A DNA stretch of 20,000 bases from an uncultured virus (IMG/VR IMGVR_UViG_3300006888_000001). Taxonomy: Duplodnaviria; Heunggongvirae; Uroviricota; Caudoviricetes. The stretch lies in the IMG/VR virus record IMGVR_UViG_3300006888_000001; one strand, 5' to 3'. The translations under genes and the position numbers were made by a program. The stretch's first letter is position 1. Every line of letters starts with the position of its first letter. Shown here piece after piece: positions 16,824-20,000 of the stretch. The notes beneath the pieces are model-generated. The model did no database searches and had not been told where the DNA came from. It worked only from the letters and a program-made list of their open reading frames with translations.

Positions 16824-17165
16824 ATGGAAAAAGATTCATACATAGGAATAGGATTCATTATTTTCGGACTATTGATTGGCGGCGTTGGCGTGGCTACAGC
16901 AGGAGTTGGAATCGGTATACCAGTTATCCCAATAGGTGTTTACCTCGTATGGAGAGGATTTTCTCGAAAAAAATTCACAGACAATCGAAGTGATCCTTTT
17001 TGGTTTGAAAAGTCTTCAAAAGGAAAGATTGGGATTGGAATACTGTTAATTATAATCGGCATTGCTACAAGTGCACTGGTTATAGGAATACCCATAGCAT
17101 TGTACGGAGCATATTTGATCTATACAGCATTAAAATCGAGTAAGTCACCCCTCTTTCGCCAATAA
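16824..17165 (+). CDS. Small Gly/Ile-rich multi-pass membrane protein with internal duplication
   Basis: AAGGA RBS. Two similar hydrophobic halves, each IGIG...AT....GIP....G.YL. Confidence 0.7.
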   Translation: MEKDSYIGIGFIIFGLLIGGVGVATAGVGIGIPVIPIGVYLVWRGFSRKKFTDNRSDPFWFEKSSKGKIGIGILLIIIGIATSALVIGIPIALYGAYLIYTALKSSKSPLFRQ

Positions 17166-17223
17166 ATCGACTAGCATTATCAGCATCCTAAGTGGGTAAA
17201 ATCAGCGCACTAGCGAGACCCAA

Positions 17224-19668
17224 ATGAACGAAGCCGAAACCCGCCTCCTGCATATCGACCCGGCCCTCAAGGCCGCAGGCTGGGGTGTGGTCGAAGGCAG
17301 TCGCATCCGGCCCGAGTATCCCATTACCTTGGGCCGCATCCAGGGTGTGGGACGGCGGGCCAAGGCTCTCACGGCCGATTACGTCCTAGAGTACCGCAAC
17401 ACGAAGCTGGCCGTGGTGGAGGCCAAGGCCTGGGACAAGGCGCTGACCGAAGGGCTGGCCCAGGCCAAGGATTACGCCGACAAGTTGGCCGTACGCTTCA
17501 CGTACTCCACCAACGGACAGGGCATCTATGCCGTGGACATGGAAACGGGCAGCGAGGCCGAAGTTTCCGCGTATCCCACACCGGAAGAACTCTGGGATCG
17601 GACCTTCGTCGTGCAAAACCTCTGGCGGGACCGCTTCAAGGCCGTGCCCTTCGAGGACCGGGGCGGTTACTTTCAGGGCCGATATTACCAAGACATCGCC
17701 GTGGAGCGGGTTCTGTCCGCCATTGCAGACGGCCGGGACCGCATCCTGCTGACGCTGGCCACAGGTACGGGCAAGACCTTCATCGCCTTCCAGATCGCCT
17801 GGAAGCTCTTCCACAGTCGCTGGAACCTGCAGGATTGGCGACAGGACGGCGAACCGAGCCGCAGGCCGCGCATCCTGTTCCTGGCCGACCGCAACATTCT
17901 GGCGGATCAGGCCTACAACGCCTTTTCCGCCTTTGCCGAGGACACCTTGGTGCGCATCGCGCCGGACGAAATCAGAAAGAAAGGAAAGGTGCCCAAGAAC
18001 GGCAATATCTTCTTCACCATCTTCCAGACCTTCATGTGCGTGCCGCCAACAGGCGAAGAACCGAGCCCCTATTTCGGGGACTACCCGCCCGATTTCTTCG
18101 ACTTCATCGTCATCGACGAGTGCCATCGCGGCGGCGCCAAGGACGAAAGCAGATGGCGGGGCATTCTGGAATACTTCGCCCCTGCAGTGCAGCTTGGCCT
18201 GACGGCTACCCCCAAACGGGACGTCAACGCCGACACGTACGCCTATTTTGGCGATCCAGTCTTCATCTATTCACTCAAAGACGGCATCAACGACGGATTC
18301 CTCACGCCGTTCCGCGTCAAGCAGATCGCCACCACTTTGGACGAATATGTGTACACGTCCGACGACACGCTGATCGAAGGCGAAATCGAGGACGGAAAGA
18401 TTTACGGTGAGGCGGATTTCAACTGCATCATTGAAATCAGGGCGCGGGAAAAGAAACGGGTCGAAATTTTCATGGCCCTCATTGACCAGCGCGAGAAAAC
18501 CCTGGTCTTTTGCGCGAACCAGGACCACGCCCTGGCCGTGCGCGATCTGGTCAACCAGCTCAAGTCCTACGGGGACCCGAACTACTGCCAGCGTGTCACG
18601 GCCGATGACGGGGTGCTCGGCGAACAGCACTTGCGCGCCTTTCAGGACAACGAAAAGACTATTCCGACGGTTCTGACCACTTCACAGAAGCTGTCCACCG
18701 GAGTGGATGCCCGCAATATCCGCAACATCGTTCTCATGCGGCCCATCAATTCCATGATCGAATTCAAGCAGATCATTGGACGCGGCACACGTCTGTACGA
18801 TGGCAAGGACTATTTCACTATTTACGACTTCGTCGAAGCTCACCATCACTTCAATGATCCGGAATGGGACGGCGAACCCGTGGAGCCTGACGCATGCGCG
18901 GTCTGCGGTAGTTATCCCTGCGTCTGTATCAAGGAACCCGTGGGTCCATGCCTGATATGCGGCCAATCTCCATGCACATGCCCCAGGCCGCCCTGCCCGG
19001 AGTGTGGGCAACGGCCATGCGCCTGCCCTAAGGAGCCATGCCCCAAATGCGGGCAGCATCCATGCAAATGCGTTAAAAGAGCCAGAATCAAACTGTCCGA
19101 CGGCAAGGAACGCACCATCCAACACATGGTGGCCACAAGCTTCTGGCACCCGGATGGAACGCCGATGTCCGCCGCGCAGTTTATGGAAGCGCTCTTCGGA
19201 CGATTGCCGGAATTCTTCCAGGACGAAGACGAGCTGCGCAGCATCTGGAGCGTTCCGAACACCCGCCGCAGACTCCTAGACGGTCTGGCGGAGAAAGGCT
19301 TTGGCAAGGAACAACTCGCTGAAATGCAAAAGATCATCGACGCGGAAAAATGCGACATCTTCGATGTGCTGGCTCATGTAGCCTACGCCGATGTGCCGTT
19401 GACGCGGGAAGAAAGAGCGACCAAGGCCAAAATCAGCATTCAGCAGCGTTTCAACAGCAATCAGCAGGCTTTCCTGGACTTTGTCCTTGGCCACTACGTG
19501 AATGTCGGCGTGGAAGAACTGGACCAGACGAAGCTGACCCCTCTTTTACGGCTGCGCTACGGCAACTCGTTGAAGGATGCCATGGCGGATCTGGGCCGGG
19601 CGGAAGAGATCAACAAAATATTTGTCGGGTTTCAGAGATATTTGTATCAGGCGGGAATACCGGCTTGA
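17224..19668 (+). CDS. hsdR: Type I R-M restriction subunit (EcoEI/EcoAI-like, DEAD-type helicase)
   Basis: ADYVL...VVEAK nuclease motif, LATGTGKT, DECHR, LGLTATP and QIIGRGTR. EcoEI_R_C-like tail. Confidence 0.95.
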   Translation: MNEAETRLLHIDPALKAAGWGVVEGSRIRPEYPITLGRIQGVGRRAKALTADYVLEYRNTKLAVVEAKAWDKALTEGLAQAKDYADKLAVRFTYSTNGQGIYAVDMETGSEAEVSAYPTPEELWDRTFVVQNLWRDRFKAVPFEDRGGYFQGRYYQDIAVERVLSAIADGRDRILLTLATGTGKTFIAFQIAWKLFHSRWNLQDWRQDGEPSRRPRILFLADRNILADQAYNAFSAFAEDTLVRIAPDEIRKKGKVPKNGNIFFTIFQTFMCVPPTGEEPSPYFGDYPPDFFDFIVIDECHRGGAKDESRWRGILEYFAPAVQLGLTATPKRDVNADTYAYFGDPVFIYSLKDGINDGFLTPFRVKQIATTLDEYVYTSDDTLIEGEIEDGKIYGEADFNCIIEIRAREKKRVEIFMALIDQREKTLVFCANQDHALAVRDLVNQLKSYGDPNYCQRVTADDGVLGEQHLRAFQDNEKTIPTVLTTSQKLSTGVDARNIRNIVLMRPINSMIEFKQIIGRGTRLYDGKDYFTIYDFVEAHHHFNDPEWDGEPVEPDACAVCGSYPCVCIKEPVGPCLICGQSPCTCPRPPCPECGQRPCACPKEPCPKCGQHPCKCVKRARIKLSDGKERTIQHMVATSFWHPDGTPMSAAQFMEALFGRLPEFFQDEDELRSIWSVPNTRRRLLDGLAEKGFGKEQLAEMQKIIDAEKCDIFDVLAHVAYADVPLTREERATKAKISIQQRFNSNQQAFLDFVLGHYVNVGVEELDQTKLTPLLRLRYGNSLKDAMADLGRAEEINKIFVGFQRYLYQAGIPA
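18895..19071 (+). repeat. Four tandem CxxCGxxPCxC peptide repeats within HsdR
   Basis: CAVCGSYPCVC, CLICGQSPCTC, CPECGQRPCAC and CPKCGQHPCKC, joined by Pro-rich linkers. Confidence 0.9.
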
Positions 19669-19999
19669 ATGGATTGAACAAATAAGTTGTCTTATCAATG
19701 GCGCTTTCTCGGCTGTAGCAAAGCAGCCGTGGGGCCGGGAAATCAAGCATTGTGGGCATTTCCGCCATCTCGGGCTCGGGATGGACGATATCGCCGAAGC
19801 CGAGGTCAATTTGCATGTTGATGCGTGCCGTGCCCAGGCTCCCGAGAAATCGCACTCTGATTCCCTCATACTCGGCGTCCTCGGTGATGCGCTCGGTCCG
19901 AAGCGAATCAGGATCGAACGAAAGTCCGTCCATGCCCACATCCATCATCATGATATCCCGGATTTGACGGAGAATGAGTGCTTCCTCACGACTTGTCCT
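19610..19999 (-). pseudogene. AbiEii/AbiGii-type nucleotidyltransferase toxin, 3'-truncated; 5' part lies beyond the window
   Basis: The frame is open to the window edge: ...DGLSFDPDS..ERITEDAEYEGIRVRF...RINMQIDLGFGDIVHP...PRLLCYSRESAI. Similarity stops near 19696, before the expected AEK...RMKDFYD segment, and the ORF runs into the hsdR antisense strand. Confidence 0.75.
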
Positions 20000-20000
20000 G

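Noticed and set aside
18895..19071. Ferredoxin or heme-binding motifs in the Cys-rich HsdR segment
   Set aside because: The spacing is CxxCGxxPCxC, not CxxCxxCxxxC or CxxCH.
12140..19685. Many long antisense or alternate-frame ORFs (e.g. 12140-13108, 14865-15860, 17386-18126)
   Set aside because: These are shadows of hsdM, the GmrSD-like gene and hsdR caused by high-GC codon bias.

Overview
This window is an accessory defence and mobile-element region from a bacterium with GC-rich core genes and AT-rich inserts. The gene content resembles Desulfovibrionales-type Deltaproteobacteria, but that is inference only. From left to right: (i) the 3' end of an N6-adenine methylase gene joined to a two-TRD specificity subunit by what looks like a complete programmed -1 ribosomal frameshift signal, followed by a translationally coupled HEPN protein; (ii) two envelope proteins; (iii) a coupled pair of a degenerate RuvC/RNase H-fold protein and a Hanks-type Ser/Thr kinase, followed by a degenerate integron attC site; (iv) a compact CI/Cro-RHH-Xis-Xis-tyrosine integrase module ending at the displaced 3' half of tRNA-Arg(CCG), with an IHF site and arm-type repeats; (v) a coiled-coil/Zn-ribbon gene, an AbiJ/HEPN-like gene and a UmuD homologue lacking both catalytic residues; (vi) a type I R-M operon (hsdM-hsdS-GmrSD-like gene-AlbA_2 relic-small membrane gene-hsdR with four Cys repeats) abutting a truncated AbiEii toxin gene. 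All family assignments come from motif reading, not from database searches.
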